A stretch of DNA of 62,140 nucleotides, filler included, from Choristocarpus tenellus KU-1152 (GCA_964200185.2; 11 parts of 11 records of this genome joined end to end with filler, not necessarily neighbours in it), one strand, 5' to 3'; positions 24,800 to 38,587 are shown, counted from the whole stretch's first letter. A program made the numbers and translations. The notes: a model not told the origin generated them from the letters alone.

Positions 24800-26000
24800 A
24801 GGAATCCCGGATTCTAGTGGAGGATATTTTGTGAGATTGAGGGGTGTGGAATCTTTCAAGAGACCAATCTCACAAGTGGTGTATATCTCTTCAATCAGAG
24901 ATGTCAAGCATAAAAGATTCTATTTATGGTCACGTCTTGACATCCTGATGATCCCCCTTTCATCAGATTTTCATCACTCTGGAATTTTCTGCAGTCTTTG
25001 CACTTGTCCAACCTTAACCTCGTCCTCTTGGTCCATCTTGCCTAGAGATTTCTGTTCACCAACTTTGTCTGAGTGAACCACACCGTCACAGAATCATGCG
25101 ATTCACAACAGTAGTAGTACTATAAATACGTACCACTTTTCTCGGGTTTTTCAAATCAAGAGTTGCAGCGAAAGGCAACACATGGGCACTTCTACATACC
25201 TATTTTCTCTTCTTTATAACTAAGTCAAAAATATAACCACATAGTACAATGCAGTGCCTAAAAATAATGGGGTGAATAATTTGTATTATTATACCTCTGA
25301 CATTTCTTCTATCGGTACGGCGACAAGTCGAGTTGATACGTTTAAAATGTGCTTGTGTAACCAGAAATGGATATAGCTCGCAAATCTGAGGGAGTGTATT
25401 TGTGATACAGAGACAAGCAAGAGCGACAAAAATGCAAGACCAAAACTCCTCCACTTATGCAACTTTGCTTCAATCCAATAGTAATAATATGGCTGAGGCA
25501 GACAAAACAAATAATTGAGGTGACCTTAAGTTGCTATGGAAGCAATGTGTTTGGAGCAAGGGAGTGGGGTAAAATATAGTTCTGTGATCGGCATGCAATC
25601 TAGCAACAAACTGTGAACGCAAATTGTTTCGAACAAACCTCCGTGTTGGACCTGTATGTTGAATTGAATGGTTGGATCATAGGTTTACGGTGTTGAAAGT
25701 TTGATTGAGTTGAAGTTGTGGTTGAACGATTTTGTTGGGTGGTGATAGTGTGTGCAATCGAATGTATAAGTCTGGTCTTTGTCCTTGTGCATGTTGTTGA
25801 GTGCTGTAGCCAATGAATTGGGCGAGTAGTTGTATAGAGGACATATGTTGATTACGGTGATGAGCAGTAAATTGTAGTCTGGGAGTCCAACATGAGATAT
25901 ACGAATCATTTGTTCACCTGATGGGTAGGTAGGGGAGAGTTCTGGATTTAGTTAATTTGCTAGGAAGAGAAGAAGAGGATGCCAGGTTGAAACGGACACA
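24800..26000 (-). mobile_element. Very degenerate Copia-like internal sequence
   Basis: Weak gag-like VGLPDYNLLLITVI and RT-like KSDERGIIR remnants with many stops. Confidence 0.3.
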
Positions 26001-27529
26001 CTCAAGCCTGCGATCAACATTGTGGAACTATGGCTCGATCAGGACCAGATGAAACGAGATTCCCTAAGGGTGGGTATAACGTTTAAAGAGTTCCGGCTAC
26101 ATCCCAAGTTCCCGAGTTATTGTCAATAATGATTCCTGGTGCATTACAAGCAGTTCAAAAATCTCATAACGCATCAAGAGTTGGAAGTATGTAGAGAAAC
26201 AGTATATATAAGTACGACATATACAATATGTACAGTCCTCCTGAAAAATATTAGCTCCGTTAGCACAGTCTCAAACAGATGACTGTTGAAGTACCTCATG
26301 TTACTACAACCTTGTGGTGCATGGGATCATTCCCCCCCCCCCCACCTGCCCATTGATAAACAATAGACTGCACCCTATATGATCCTTGTTGTTACCATTG
26401 ATGCAAGAAACCTCGAGGTTGATGCAGGTCTGTCCAGGGATGATTATGTCTCTGAATGGAGACTGTGGCAGCGGAGAGGGTGGTATTGGTATGAGGGATG
26501 GGGCAGAATCGGAGGTTATGGTTACTAAGTGTGCGACATAGTTATGAGCGACCTGTTGTCCATGACATATGAAATAACGTGTGGACATTCAATCTCATAT
26601 AAAAAAAAAGCACTCAAGATATACAAATTCACAGAATCTCACCAAACACGAATGAGCACCGGGTTGGAAAATGAACAAGTGGTGAGGATTGGTGGGGGAA
26701 GAAAGGTAAGTTGCCACTGACCCCTTACCTAACAAACAAATATGAATCAAATATTACAAAAAAATATTTTTTCGGCAAAGTGCACTTGTTCATGTATGTC
26801 TAGGCTCGTGTGATACAGCAAGTTCCCAATCAGCCCAGGTGTTAGGTTGGGGCAAATAAGCTAGTGGAGTTTTATCTCACGTCCCTGTAGCGCCTCCTGA
26901 TCCATCCCTTGATTTTTGCCTGCACCGCAGCCTGATACAAGGATTTATGCTCTGCCTTCCAGGGCTGCAAGGTACGGGGCACATGCCATGACCCGTCCAC
27001 CCAATGGCAACGAAAACGCACAACAACAAAGCAAAAACAACATACCAAGACAGGATCATCGGCTGGAGAAAAAAAAAATGGTAGAGGGGAGTCACAAGGA
27101 CGAACACAAAGTTTCTCACGCCACACCCACAGAGGTGGGACCCTGTCCCTTTGTGGCAAATGCTAACATTAATCCAATTGCAAGTACTAGGAGAATACGT
27201 CCATGTACTGTCTTTCATATGAAGCAATCACTTCACCATATGGGTCCCGACTAATTGTCAATCAAAAAAGTTTCATTTGGAACTTTGTCCTCCAATACAT
27301 TGTTGTAGGTTGAAGCATGGTTCGACAATTAAAAAATTTAGCACAGTAAAACGTTTTCGACAGCGTTTTATAAGCGCGGTTTCATCAAGTCTTACCCCAA
27401 AAAAGAGGAGACGTGTCGTTGTTTATCCTTATAATAATGTCTTTGCTTCCTCCATAATTCTAGTACTGCACATCAAGTCAAAGGGAACAATAATATAATA
27501 CACCACGATACTATCTATACGATACAATA

Positions 27530-27660
27530 TTGTCTGTCACTGTACAAGTGAATCTCTTGAGACGTGTCACACGTTTCAAGCTAGAGACACCAGCAGATGG
27601 GCAAGGAGGGGCCTGTCAGATTCTTGTAGGGCTAAGCCAGGTTGGAGGCATAGCACCAAC
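27530..27660 (+). mobile_element. 3' fragment of CRE-like non-LTR retrotransposon
   Basis: TGTCTGTCACTGTACAAGTG...AAGCTAGAGACACC aligns with the 2000-2150, 3380-3610 and 40790-41030 copies. Confidence 0.55.
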
Positions 27661-27949
27661 GTATACATAACATTGTAATTTTCAACATTAAAGGGAGTGT
27701 TTGTAGTATAGCTTGTATTGAATAGAAACAGATTTTAGAGAGATATTTCCCGCATTTGTGAAACAACTACTCTTATTTTAACCATGATCCATGTTATGCT
27801 GGTTTGGACTTTTGCCTCATACATCTCCAAAATGTCAGAGAGGATAATAATTATACACAACAAAGTTTCTCTGACAGATGTACAAAATGTCATAAAGGAT
27901 AATTATATATATTGACATTTTGCAGATGTGTCAGGGGGAAAACAAATGA

Positions 27950-28571
27950 AACCTGCCCTGGAGCAGGTGCGGGCATGTCTGGTATCGACATTTTGCCTCC
28001 TGCACCCTGCCACTGGACACCTGTTTGATAGGGCCTTCTCACTCCCTAGGGATCTGCTGACTGAGCTTGAATTCTAGAGGGGGGATCTGGTATGCTGATT
28101 CCAGAGGTTGAGTTGAGGCCCACGCGTTTGCCCCTTGTCCACACTGGCTCCGGTGGTGTGCTAGGGCTAATGAGGAGCTTTCCCTCCCTTGGTGTGCCTC
28201 ATTTGGAAGGCCAGACAGTTGTGTCCCGAAGGAGTCAAAACGGATCTTGTTAAGGAGGCATGTGATCTCGTGTTGAGCCCTCCTTGTGATCCTGGCGTCA
28301 TGAGCTGCCAGGATGTGGACCTCTGGGGCAGATGCAGGGGGTGTTGTTCCCCCCCAGGTTACCCAGTCTTGGCCAATGATTTCCGCAAGGTCTTCTGAGA
28401 GGACACCTTTAGAAAATAGGGTGTTAATGGATAATCCTAAGGCCTGTATTGTAGGGATCGTACAGGTAGCTTGTGCGAAGGACTCGCCATGAGGCCCTTG
28501 CTACCTTGCTAGGAGGGTGGGGAGAGTAGTCAGGATTGTGGTCATGTTCGTCCCACATTTTTTTCTGATGC
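27950..28571 (-). mobile_element. CRE-like non-LTR retrotransposon fragment (post-RT region with CCHC zinc knuckle)
   Basis: LAHHRSQCGQGANAW...RCPVAGCRRQNVDTRHARTCSRAG, frameshifted. Confidence 0.7.
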
Positions 28572-29213
28572 NNNNNNNNNNNNNNNNNNNNNNNNNNNNN
28601 NNNNNNNNNNNNNNNTTAATTAATTAANNNNNNNNNNNNNNNNNNNNNNNNNNNNNNNNNNNNNNNNNNNNCCCCCCACTGATGTCAAATTGGATAGGCA
28701 ATTGGTTCCCGTACAACACATTTTTGAAAAAAAAAATGTTACGAGGTAGAGAGAAAAAAAAGAGACTAAATCGGACGAGCAGTTCTCGTACTTACGTACT
28801 AAAAAATAAAAGCAAAAATATATGCACCGCCGGATTGGTCGAGCATTTCCTGTATTGATCGTACACTTTGTTCTTCAACAAAGTGAGCTATTAAAACACA
28901 CACACGCACACACACACATTCCACTAAATTGGACGGGAAAATTCTGTGCATTAGATGTATTCTTACAGCAAAAAACCACGGTACCAAAATGGATGAGAAT
29001 TTTTCTGAAGAGTAAATATATGAAGAAAATATGACCCCCCCCCTCCCCCCCCAAAAACAAAGCAAATAAATTGGATGAGCGATTCCTCGATTATTGCTGT
29101 TGTACCCTGTAATAATCAAAGATAAAAAAAATGTGTCCAGCCTCATCAAATCCTTTGGAGGGGAAAGGGGAAATGGAGAAGGGGGGAAGGGGGGAGAGAG
29201 GGGTTATACCCAC

Positions 29214-32200
29214 CTTGTATGCAGGGGAAGGCTTTCCGAGGTTTCTACTAGACCGGCGTACTGGGCCTAGACTCCTGTTTCCATCTCCTGTGTCAGTCAC
29301 CTCTGGTACTCCTGCATCAGGTTTTCCAACCATCCTCTGCCTGGACTTTGCCCGAGCTTGCTACAGCATATACATATTACAAACACACACAAGTGCAGCC
29401 GGAAGGTCGATGTTAATGCTGTGACTGCAGTGCAAGAGAGATGGAAAACAGTAAACAGAAATTACGTTGGCGAGGGGTGACTGCATCCTATCCTATTCAA
29501 TCAACGTGCCAGCTACGCCAGCTATGCGATTATTCTATTGGTCAAGAACAAAAAAAGAAAATGCAAACGAAGTTTACACTGTCATACCGCAGTCTCTCTC
29601 TCTCTCTCTCTCTCTCTGTATATATATATATATATTCACATTTATATTAACATCCCCCCAACACAATCTTGGAGCAAGTCTCTCTCTGTAAGTGAGGGGA
29701 TGGGTGGAGAAGAGAGGCCGGATAGTTGTTTTTGTTTTTTAATGAATCGTAGCAGTACATTGTTATCCCACCTATTTTTCTTTCTTCTCAGTACACAGTA
29801 GTAGTTTTCCACAACAACAAAAAATGATTGGTTTTATTCTATTCTTTCTACGTTTTTGACCTATGTAACGCTTAAAAAAAAAAAGTTCCACACAAAATAA
29901 GAACAAAAAATAAAACTACCCTCTTTCCGAAGGTGTGCGGGTAGGGTTTGTCCATCCAGTGAGTGCAAGAAAAATTCAAACTCAGACCCCTTCTCCTCGT
30001 CAGAACCGTATCATGGGATGATGCAACTATCATCACAGCCCTATCAGCCCACTGACATTATTATTAGTAATTATAATATAACAATAGTATATGTAGTTGC
30101 AGTCACCATGGAAGGCATTTCACCCCTTGTTCCATAACCACTGTAGCGCTGCTTAGTAATAATATCACACTGTAAGAATCAGGGTGTTAACTTTTAGAAT
30201 TAGAGAAGGGCAGGTGTTGCAATGTAGTAGGTCTTGGCCTGCTCTTAGCCAGACTTTTACAAAACAAGTTCCCAGAACTTTCCAAAAGTGTTCTTGAGTT
30301 CATAAAGCCCGTTCTTACATGGTGGATGACTGTGTAGGACTGTGCAGAGAAATCATTCCCCTCATGATCAACCATAACCAATTTCTTGATACATTTCAGA
30401 AACCATTGTAAAACAAGTGTGTAACTCAACAATGCACACCATACAGTTTGCGCAGATCTGCTACAAATCCATTGACCTCCCGATACGACTTCGTGGTCGT
30501 GCATCTGAGGAAGATGAAGAAGCAATCAGGATGGGCCTGTGACAGTCGTTTTACCTCAGTATAGTTGTTCGCTTCCAACAGAATGAACCTCTCGACAACC
30601 AATTTGGTGCAATTCACTGGGTAGATACAGTTGTAGTAACACCCCTATTTTAACTCACACCCTACCTATCCTAGCTTACATTGATGGAAACTTGTCTTTG
30701 CCCAATTCTACCTTCATTTAACCTTATCTGTTCTATCCTTCTGCCACACCTGAGCAGATCGTCTTCCGTAGTTTGTAGCAACAAATTCATTATTGCGCAT
30801 CAAACCGAGCTGCTCCAGCTTGCGGTGATTGCGAGCTATTGTTTGTCGCCGCTGTTATTGTTGACAAAGGGGGAAAATATTTGTTAGCATAGGGGCTACC
30901 ATAATGTAGCCGCCGTTGTTGTGGGTGCGTTATAGACTCACAGGCAGTCATCGACAGTTTGAACGCATCGTGGTATTGTTGCGCTTCCTATGGTTCGACT
31001 ACTTTATGAGATGAGCTATGATCTGAGGCATTGTACAAAAACTTGGTATTGACATGGGGTGGTGAAAGGATGGAGGAATCATAATTCACGTTCGGCGCAG
31101 CGTGGGTGCCACGAACATCTCCAAGATAAAAGAAAGGTTAAGTATTCAGAAACAATACACGCGCTGCATTAATTGTCTCCGATGAGCTAAAAGGTTGAGC
31201 GAGGAATCAACAAAGCACCCCAATGTTTCTGGCAAGTCGGTCTATCTGCCCATGATGCGCACTAGTTCAGGGTAGAAGTGAGAGACAGAAGCTGGAAAAA
31301 TTGGAAAAAATCCTACTGAGGAGAAAAATCAGACAAGAAGAGTAGACAATATTCCTGGTTCCAAGTCTATAAACAAACCCTCTAACTCACAAGTACTTGA
31401 AAAAAAAGATACCTCGTTAGACTGCTATGCTTAGGTTCACCAGTAGTTGAGATCACAAACAAGCAAACAGGTCAAACATGTTCAGCATATCGAGGGATTG
31501 CACTTGTTGTAAGCATTGCAGCAAGACACATACTTCCAAAAGGGACCGCAAAAAAGAGTATCCAAAGCATGCCTGTAACTCGTACGCAGAGATCACGTCT
31601 CCTTCCATGTTGATCTCTGGCATCTCCTCCATCGACCACCATTGGTCAGTGGAAACCCTGTAGATTTTGTTTCTCCTTAAAGAATAGGAGATGTGGTCAT
31701 TAACGGGCGAGGGCTTGGTCAGGAGGACAACCAAGTTGCACACCGAAGTGTTTGTTGTAGTATGTAACGAAGTTGTGTTTCCCTCAAAAACGTATGGAGG
31801 CATTGTTTCAAATTTTCAAATATTTTTGGTCAGTTTTGCGTTTAGGGTCGGTCTCAGAACTGTACCTACAAGATACAGGGTTTATTGACATGTGAAATGT
31901 AGTGTGGTAAGCTAACTGAGCACGGTTGCTGACTGCTGACTATGGAACACAGTCAAGTTCAGGGGCACATCCAGGGTACTGCGGTCTTGCCTACACCGTC
32001 ATCGCCTCCCAGGCCTTCTCGACGACCCGCCAACTCCCACACCCCTACAAAGGAGGCATGTGAAGGTTGGTAAATCAGATGGCAAAAGTGTCCTTGTCCA
32101 GTAGACGTTTATGTCAGCTGTGTTGTCAATCTTCTTGTTTGGCTACAGAATAGACATAATATAAGTTGGCTTCCTACTCTGCACGACCTTGGAGCAAATG

Positions 32201-33829
32201 CACGAAAACGTACAGCTGCAAGTATTGAGAGGACACAATCTATATGCAAGAGGAGCAGAGGTTGATTTAGGAAAGCGTGGCGAATTATTGCGAATCTGAG
32301 ATCACCCTCACACCCAAATATGCCAAGGGATATGCATGTGGTTTTGTTGGAGATCATGTGGTAATTTGATGAGGTGCTATGTTGGCGACAGAGATGGTAT
32401 CATCCTCTGTGAGGGTAGTGGTGAGATAAGATGGGACTTCGGGGAAAAAAATTTTAGGACATGTTTTTTTCCGTCTGAGATAGCGAGAAAAGGTAGGGGT
32501 ACTGTCTATACTCCCGGAGAACAACATTATTTCATCCTTGTGGCAATGGTGTCTATGTCAGACCGAGATTTGACTTGCCCGTCTTTTCAAACGGTGCTCA
32601 ATCTATTTTCTATCCCTATCCGTCTTACCCTTAATCCCCCCCAATACGATACCCCCTCTTCTCCACCGCCTCCCCCACTTAGTGTGTTAAAACTCTCTCA
32701 CCACTTGGCAAGGGTGTCCTGATCTCCGCTTCCAATTTTTCCCCCCTATCTCACATTATGGTTTCGTCCTCCACTACCCAGCATGGGAGCGGTCCTTAAG
32801 GCCAGGACAATTCTATTCCGAGAAGGGTGGCCGCCGCCCTATGATGCACCGTACCCAAGCTGTCAAGGGCTACCCTGAGTCTCGCTCCTGGCCGAGAGGA
32901 GTGGATGGAGGCGCATGGGGACCGCAGCATCTCTCACCCATACCTTCAAGGGGGGACTTTCAACCTCTTGTGAGTAAATTTTTTTCAGGGGTGTAGGATT
33001 GGGTAGGGTGGGAATGAGAAGTGGTTCCGAACAAGAGTGGTCACAAGCAGGCAAGCTTGGGTATATGCAACAGGAAATATTTGTGTTGACGAGCGGGATA
33101 ACACGGGTGACCTCGACAATTTGTCACACAATACCACATTTGGAAGACACCTTATGATGATTTTTGATAATACCATTTTATATGCTCTAGAGGCGACACA
33201 GATTGTTCGGTGGAATGATTGACACTGCTGGGGTGCTGTTGTCATACAGTCGCTGATGAACATGCTCCCTCCCATCGTCTCTCTCTCTCTCTCTCTCTCA
33301 CTAACCCTCTCTTTGCGTGTGTTGTGCACACACACATGCACACACCCTGATGACATCGTTGATTTTCTCAGCCAACACACCTCCGCCCTACTCACATCAG
33401 TCCCTAACCCTAATATCATGATCCTTCCCCTTGCCCTAACCCTAACCCCATCTTCCCTGCACGCTTCCATTTTTTTCAAACTTGCAATCCTACCTGCGCT
33501 TGGTCACAGATCCCATCCCCCACCACGTCTCCAGGCCGACAATGTCGACGCCTCCCACACTCCAAGAAATTCCCCCAGGAGGAGGAGGAGGAGGAGGAGG
33601 AGGAGGCCTTTCCGCCTTCGACTGTGGTGCTGGCCTCCGCTGCAACTGTGGGCTCCGGAGCTGATATCGCTGCAGAGCTGAGCCTGTTAGGCCTGGATTG
33701 CCCTGAGCTGTTGAATCCATTTGTGGCACTGGAGCTGGATGAGGTCAGGCCCTTTGCATGGCCATACTTTGTGTGTGCATGCATACTACTACGCTGTGAG
33801 GGCTCGGGGGGATACGAGTACCAACAGAG
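29214..33829 (-). CDS. Partial gene for a likely nuclear protein with the SAYELQRRQTIARNHRKLEQLGL...RRSSR motif pair (as seen in CDCA7-, WDR76- and B3-type protein N-termini)
   Basis: Well-supported exons 31657-31573 (GC donor), 30851-30750 and 29360-29214 splice in frame and rebuild the YE..R...I.RN...L..LGL motif across the junction. Upstream exons 32044-31995 and 33829-33494 are phase-compatible but tentative. Confidence 0.7.
30190..30620 (-). mobile_element. LINE reverse-transcriptase relic inside an intron
   Basis: KLVVERF...E...PDCFFIFLR...GFVADLRKLY (cf. FxDLxKAYD), frameshifted. Confidence 0.5.
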
Positions 33830-34412
33830 CTGGGGAGTTGATGCCATGTATTATGGCGTATTATGGGCTTGAGCATTGTGTAGTTCGTTTTGAAACTGGC
33901 TCTAGCAAACCACCTGTAGTGCATCTGATTTTTCTGCCCTTGAATGATCCCCTCTACGAGCTTTGTCCACCGCAGTACATGGAGCGTAAATTGATCGCAG
34001 GCGTTTACAAATAAATAAATAAATGAATAAAAGCGTTAAGGGCAAAATACTTTTTTTTTTGTGGTGGGGGGGGGGGACAGGAGTTGGTGTAATGGTGAGC
34101 GCGTTTGGGCCGGAGTTCTGAAACGACGAGCATGAGGGTGCAAGCTAAGAAGGCGAATGGCTCCCTTCTTTTTTTTTTGGTCTGTGTGTGTGTGTGTGTG
34201 TGGTGCATTTTTTTTCTTTTTTTTTCTGGTCAACGGTAATTCACTCACGAGGAGTCCAGATTCTGATTGAAGAAAATATCTTGAGCATTTTTTCGGCTGC
34301 ATCTCTCTACTGGCTCTCGTCAGCGCTGAGAGAGACCGGACTGACTGCTGCTACTACTGTGAGCTTCGTGGGCAGCTGCTCGCAAGCCTGCTGTGTTGCC
34401 TGCGCTGTCACT

Positions 34413-34550
34413 CGCTCAATGTATCTGGGGGTGGGGGGGGGGGGCGACTGTCCATTTGGGTCCAATTTTTTTATGTCGCGATTTTTGGGTGGTTTGGTTG
34501 CATACGTCGGATGGATAATGTAAGTTGCACTTTTCCTGGTCTTGGTCCGT
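34413..34550 (+). mobile_element. MITE family B, one end missing
   Basis: CGCTCAATGTATCTGGGGG...GTCCATTTGGG...ATGTCGCGATTTTTGGG, colinear with 61151-61329. Confidence 0.85.
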
Positions 34551-34707
34551 GCCAGGATTAACACTCTTTTTTTTTCTTTTTTTTCTATGGTGCGGTATCG
34601 GGTCGTCATCGCCATGGCAGCTAACCATACTCTTTTATTTATTTATTGTTTTTTTGTTTAGCAAACAAACAAAAAATAAAAAATATCTATAATGTACCGA
34701 TTCCGGA

Positions 34708-34957
34708 GTATTTATATTTATATCTGTATCTATATCTATATTTATATCGATATTTATATTTATATTTATATTTATATCTATATCTATATTTATATTTATA
34801 TCTATATCTATATTTATATCTATATCTATATCTATATTTATATTTATATTTATATTTATATCTATATATTTATATTTATATCTATATCTATATCTATATT
34901 TATATCTGTATCTATATTTATATTTATATTTATATTTATATTTATATTTATATCTAT
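34708..34957. repeat. (TATATT/TATATC)n hexamer microsatellite
   Basis: Direct inspection. The YL/YI-repeat ORFs are artefacts. Confidence 0.95.
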
Positions 34958-35861
34958 AATTTTTTTTTACGGTGTCCAGCTCGGGTATGCTTAACTACCC
35001 CCCCTATAAGATGAGAGCAATATGGCGGGTGTGGAAGAAGTCAGCCCTACCCGTGTCTCGTACCAATTTCTTTTATTTTATTTTACTTTACTCTACTATA
35101 AGCGTGGTCTCTTGCTTTTGCTCTGCTGTTACGAGCTGCCCGTTTCTAGTTTTTTCCCATTAGCTTGACTTAACTTGAACTCCCCTCATTAATCTCCTGC
35201 TTCTCCCCCGCCCTCCCCCCCCCCCCCCCTTTTTTCCCTCCCCCCCCCTCCCCCCCCCTCCTCTCATCCCCCCTTTNNNNNNNNNNNNNNNNNNNNNNNN
35301 NNNNNNNNNNNNNNNNNNNNTTAATTAATTAANNNNNNNNNNNNNNNNNNNNNNNNNNNNNNNNNNNNNNNNNNNNGCATCCTCCCCCCCCCCCCCCCCC
35401 CAATGGATGCCTGAACCTTCCCCCTCTCTCTATAATACTCTATGGGTTGTTAATAGGAATGTGTCATCAAAAAGGTATGTCCGTACTCGGGGGACGTTTC
35501 GATACCTTAAATTGTCATTTTGCGGTATGCAGTAGCAGTCTTCCAACGTCAAAGACAAAAAATGTATATTAAAAAAAAAAATGAATACGAACACTCCTTC
35601 AAAGTACATTAAAAAAAAATCAGCTTAATATACTTCGTATTAATATTGATGTCGCTATTGATATTACTGTTATTATCATTATTATTATTGCACACCAATT
35701 GATACGCCTCCCATTGTCTGTCTCCCATTGGAACTAGAAAAAACTTCGATAATCCCTCAATATTTCCATGCCCTATCTATCATTATGCCCCTCCCCCCCC
35801 CCCCCAAAAAAAAAAAACACACACACACACACACACAAACAACTTCCATTGGGGACAACAG

Positions 35862-35950
35862 CAGCAGGAGGCGAGGTAGTGGGGGGGCGGGCGCAGGGAG
35901 GGCTTCGATGGAGTTGGGCTCAAGCCAGCATCAGGAAGGAGACCAAAACC

Positions 35951-35982
<32 letters not shown>

Positions 35983-36955
35983 CAACAACAGCAACAACAG
36001 CAACAACAGTACTGTAGAGATTTGGACCTTCCTCTATTGTCCTTTGTGTCGTGTACCCTAGCTGGATTGCCATTCGAGGTCTTGGAAGAGCCTTTGTTTG
36101 TGGTGGATCACATCAACAGACAGGTGGGTTTGCTTGGTTCATTTTGGAGGGGGGGGCTGGGGCTAGGGTTAGGGTTAGGGTTCTGGTGCGCACGCCTATA
36201 GTGAAAAGTGGTTTTGGTCGTTGCAAATAATTGGGCATTTTTTTTTAATTTGTGTTGGAAGGAGGGTAATTTTATTATTATTGTGTGAGGTATTTTGTTA
36301 TTTTACTATTATTGTACAAAGTATTTTGTTTATTTTATTATTATTATTGTGTAAGGTATTTTGTAACATACATACAAACATACATACATATGTGTACTAT
36401 GTGTGTGTATTTGTACATCTCCAACCAAATTTTATCTCTATTTTTTCGTCTGAACTTCTGAAGATCAACCCTAACCACGACACAACCCTAACCCTATTCT
36501 CAGTGAAACAAATCGGGAAGTATTTGTGAGTGTGTATTGAATGAACTAGAAAAAACATCACTGCGAGCAAGAGCAAGAGCATACCTATGTGTATATAGTG
36601 TGTATATGTGTGTATAGTGTGTATATGTGTATATAGTGTGTCTATGTGCCATATGAGAAAACGGTCGATCAAGAGGTTGATCTCGATATTCTGTTTCTGT
36701 TATATGATATTCATCACTGTAACATATTAATCAACGTTGGTGAAGCAAATCAATCATTTATCATATTAATATATATTATTATGCCCTCTGACATATTAAT
36801 AGTTCCAAATACATTATTAATATTTTTATGTATTAGGTATATTTTTTACATTCCTAATAGTTGTCGTCTTTTTTTTTTTTGGCCATGATACGTACAGGTA
36901 TCGTTGCAAGGGAGCCAGTGCCTGGAGATGCTGCATACACTACTAGCGAGACGAG
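35862..36955 (+). CDS. NIPBL: Nipped-B-like cohesin loader (NIPBL/Scc2), internal C-terminal exons
   Basis: Exon ending 36123 and exon 36898-36955 give DLPLLSFVSCTLAGLPFEVLEEPLFVVDHINRQ/VSLQGSQCLEMLH, matching the Nipped-B_C pattern LA.LPY....EPLF....I...VS..G. The 5' boundary is uncertain. A further exon may start at 38803. Confidence 0.72.
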
Positions 36956-37779
36956 GTATGAATCTCATCACCACTCGATAGCATTTTATTTTTATGATTA
37001 ATATCATTGATGGGCTTAGACATTATTTTTATGATTAATATCATTTTATCGCCCAAAGAAACAACCTTACCACACCACAAAGATAATAAACATCAAAAAC
37101 ACAAACTCACAATTAAGTAAACAACAATAATACCCCCCCCCTCCCCCTTATGGGCTTAGATATTATTTTTATGATTAATATCTTCGATGGCGCTCGAAAA
37201 AATAAATTGAAGATATTTTCCAGGAGGAATGAGAAAAAGATAATATTGAAATAGGATTGGAGCCAGGCAGTGGTTAAAGAAATAATTAAATATATATATA
37301 TATATGTGTTGGGGGAAAAAATAAAAAAACAAAAAAACTATTCACATTTCAGAATAGACCCTAAAAAAGTAAATAAATGTGATAAACAAGATTGATCTAT
37401 TGAACTATTTTACTACCAGTTAAGTTATGCTGTTCCCTTCCTGTGTGTCTAACCTAGCTTAGTCTTAATCTACTGGGTTTTTTATTGTTGTTTTCTGCCG
37501 ATTTGCACTCTGCAGATTTTAAATATATTTGTATTATTATTATTGTGATTGTAGGTTCATCACATTTTTTTTGTCCTATGTTATTTTTGACTCATTGGGT
37601 GAATTTTTTTTTTAATTTAATATTGTAGTGCGATACTCTCTTTGCAGTAGTAGTTGATTTTTAAAAATATACATACATACATACATATTTATTTTTATTT
37701 TACTTATTTCAAGTATTTTATTGTATTGTATTGTATTGTTGGGATAATTCTTCAAATAAGTATCGAGTACGGCCCTACT

Positions 37780-38058
37780 GAGCCAAAGTATCTTAGAGGG
37801 CACAGAGTCGCCTCCATTTGGGGGCCTAAATCCAATGTTGCAATTTTGATGGTAATTTTGGCTATCATGTTTGTTAGGAGATGTCAATATCCTCGTTCCG
37901 GACACACCTTTTCATAAGGTATACCTTTTATCTACTACGAATTGTATTTTGGAGTAGGTAAAATGTCATTTAAAAAAAAAAAAATGGAAGCCAAGCCCCA
38001 AAAATGGACAAAGAGGGGAAAAACTTGTGCCCCTCACAATAGAAGATACTTTTCACTC
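37780..38058 (+). mobile_element. MITE family A, full length (279 bp), perfect 4-bp TSD TACT
   Basis: TACT|GAGCCAAAGTATCTTAGAGGG ... AGATACTTTTCACTC|TACT. Confidence 0.9.
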
Positions 38059-38459
38059 TACTATTGTTTCATGTTATTTTTTTTTATGTTCTGCCGCAAA
38101 AAATATTTTATTTTATTCTTTTACCGGAGGTACGAGAGGAAGCAGTGCGGAAAACTAGATATCTTTTTTGTTTGTTTGTGGAGTACAAAAATATATATAT
38201 TATTGTTCTGTATTTATTTCTATGTATTTGAATATACATTTTAGTGGTCACACCGGAAGAAAAAAATAAAAATGCTTCCTTTTTTTCTTCTGTATTTTTT
38301 GTTTTTTGCGCAGCATTTTTTTGTTTTTTTTCAACGAGGGACGGGGTTAGAGTAATTTTTGTTTGTGTTTTTACATACTGGAATGGATGTATTCAGAGAG
38401 AGAGAGAGATTGGGGGGGNNNNNNNNNNTCCTCACGGTTGGGGTGTGGGGTGTGGGGAG

Positions 38460-38501
<42 letters not shown>

Positions 38502-38587
38502 AGACAACACCAGCTCTAAACGCTTTGATTGTGTTTGGATCTTCTCAGTTTGAATTTAAATACGGCAGGCGCTGACTGAGTTGCGAC

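Noticed and set aside
34646-35014. YL/YI-repeat proteins
   Set aside because: Hexamer microsatellite.
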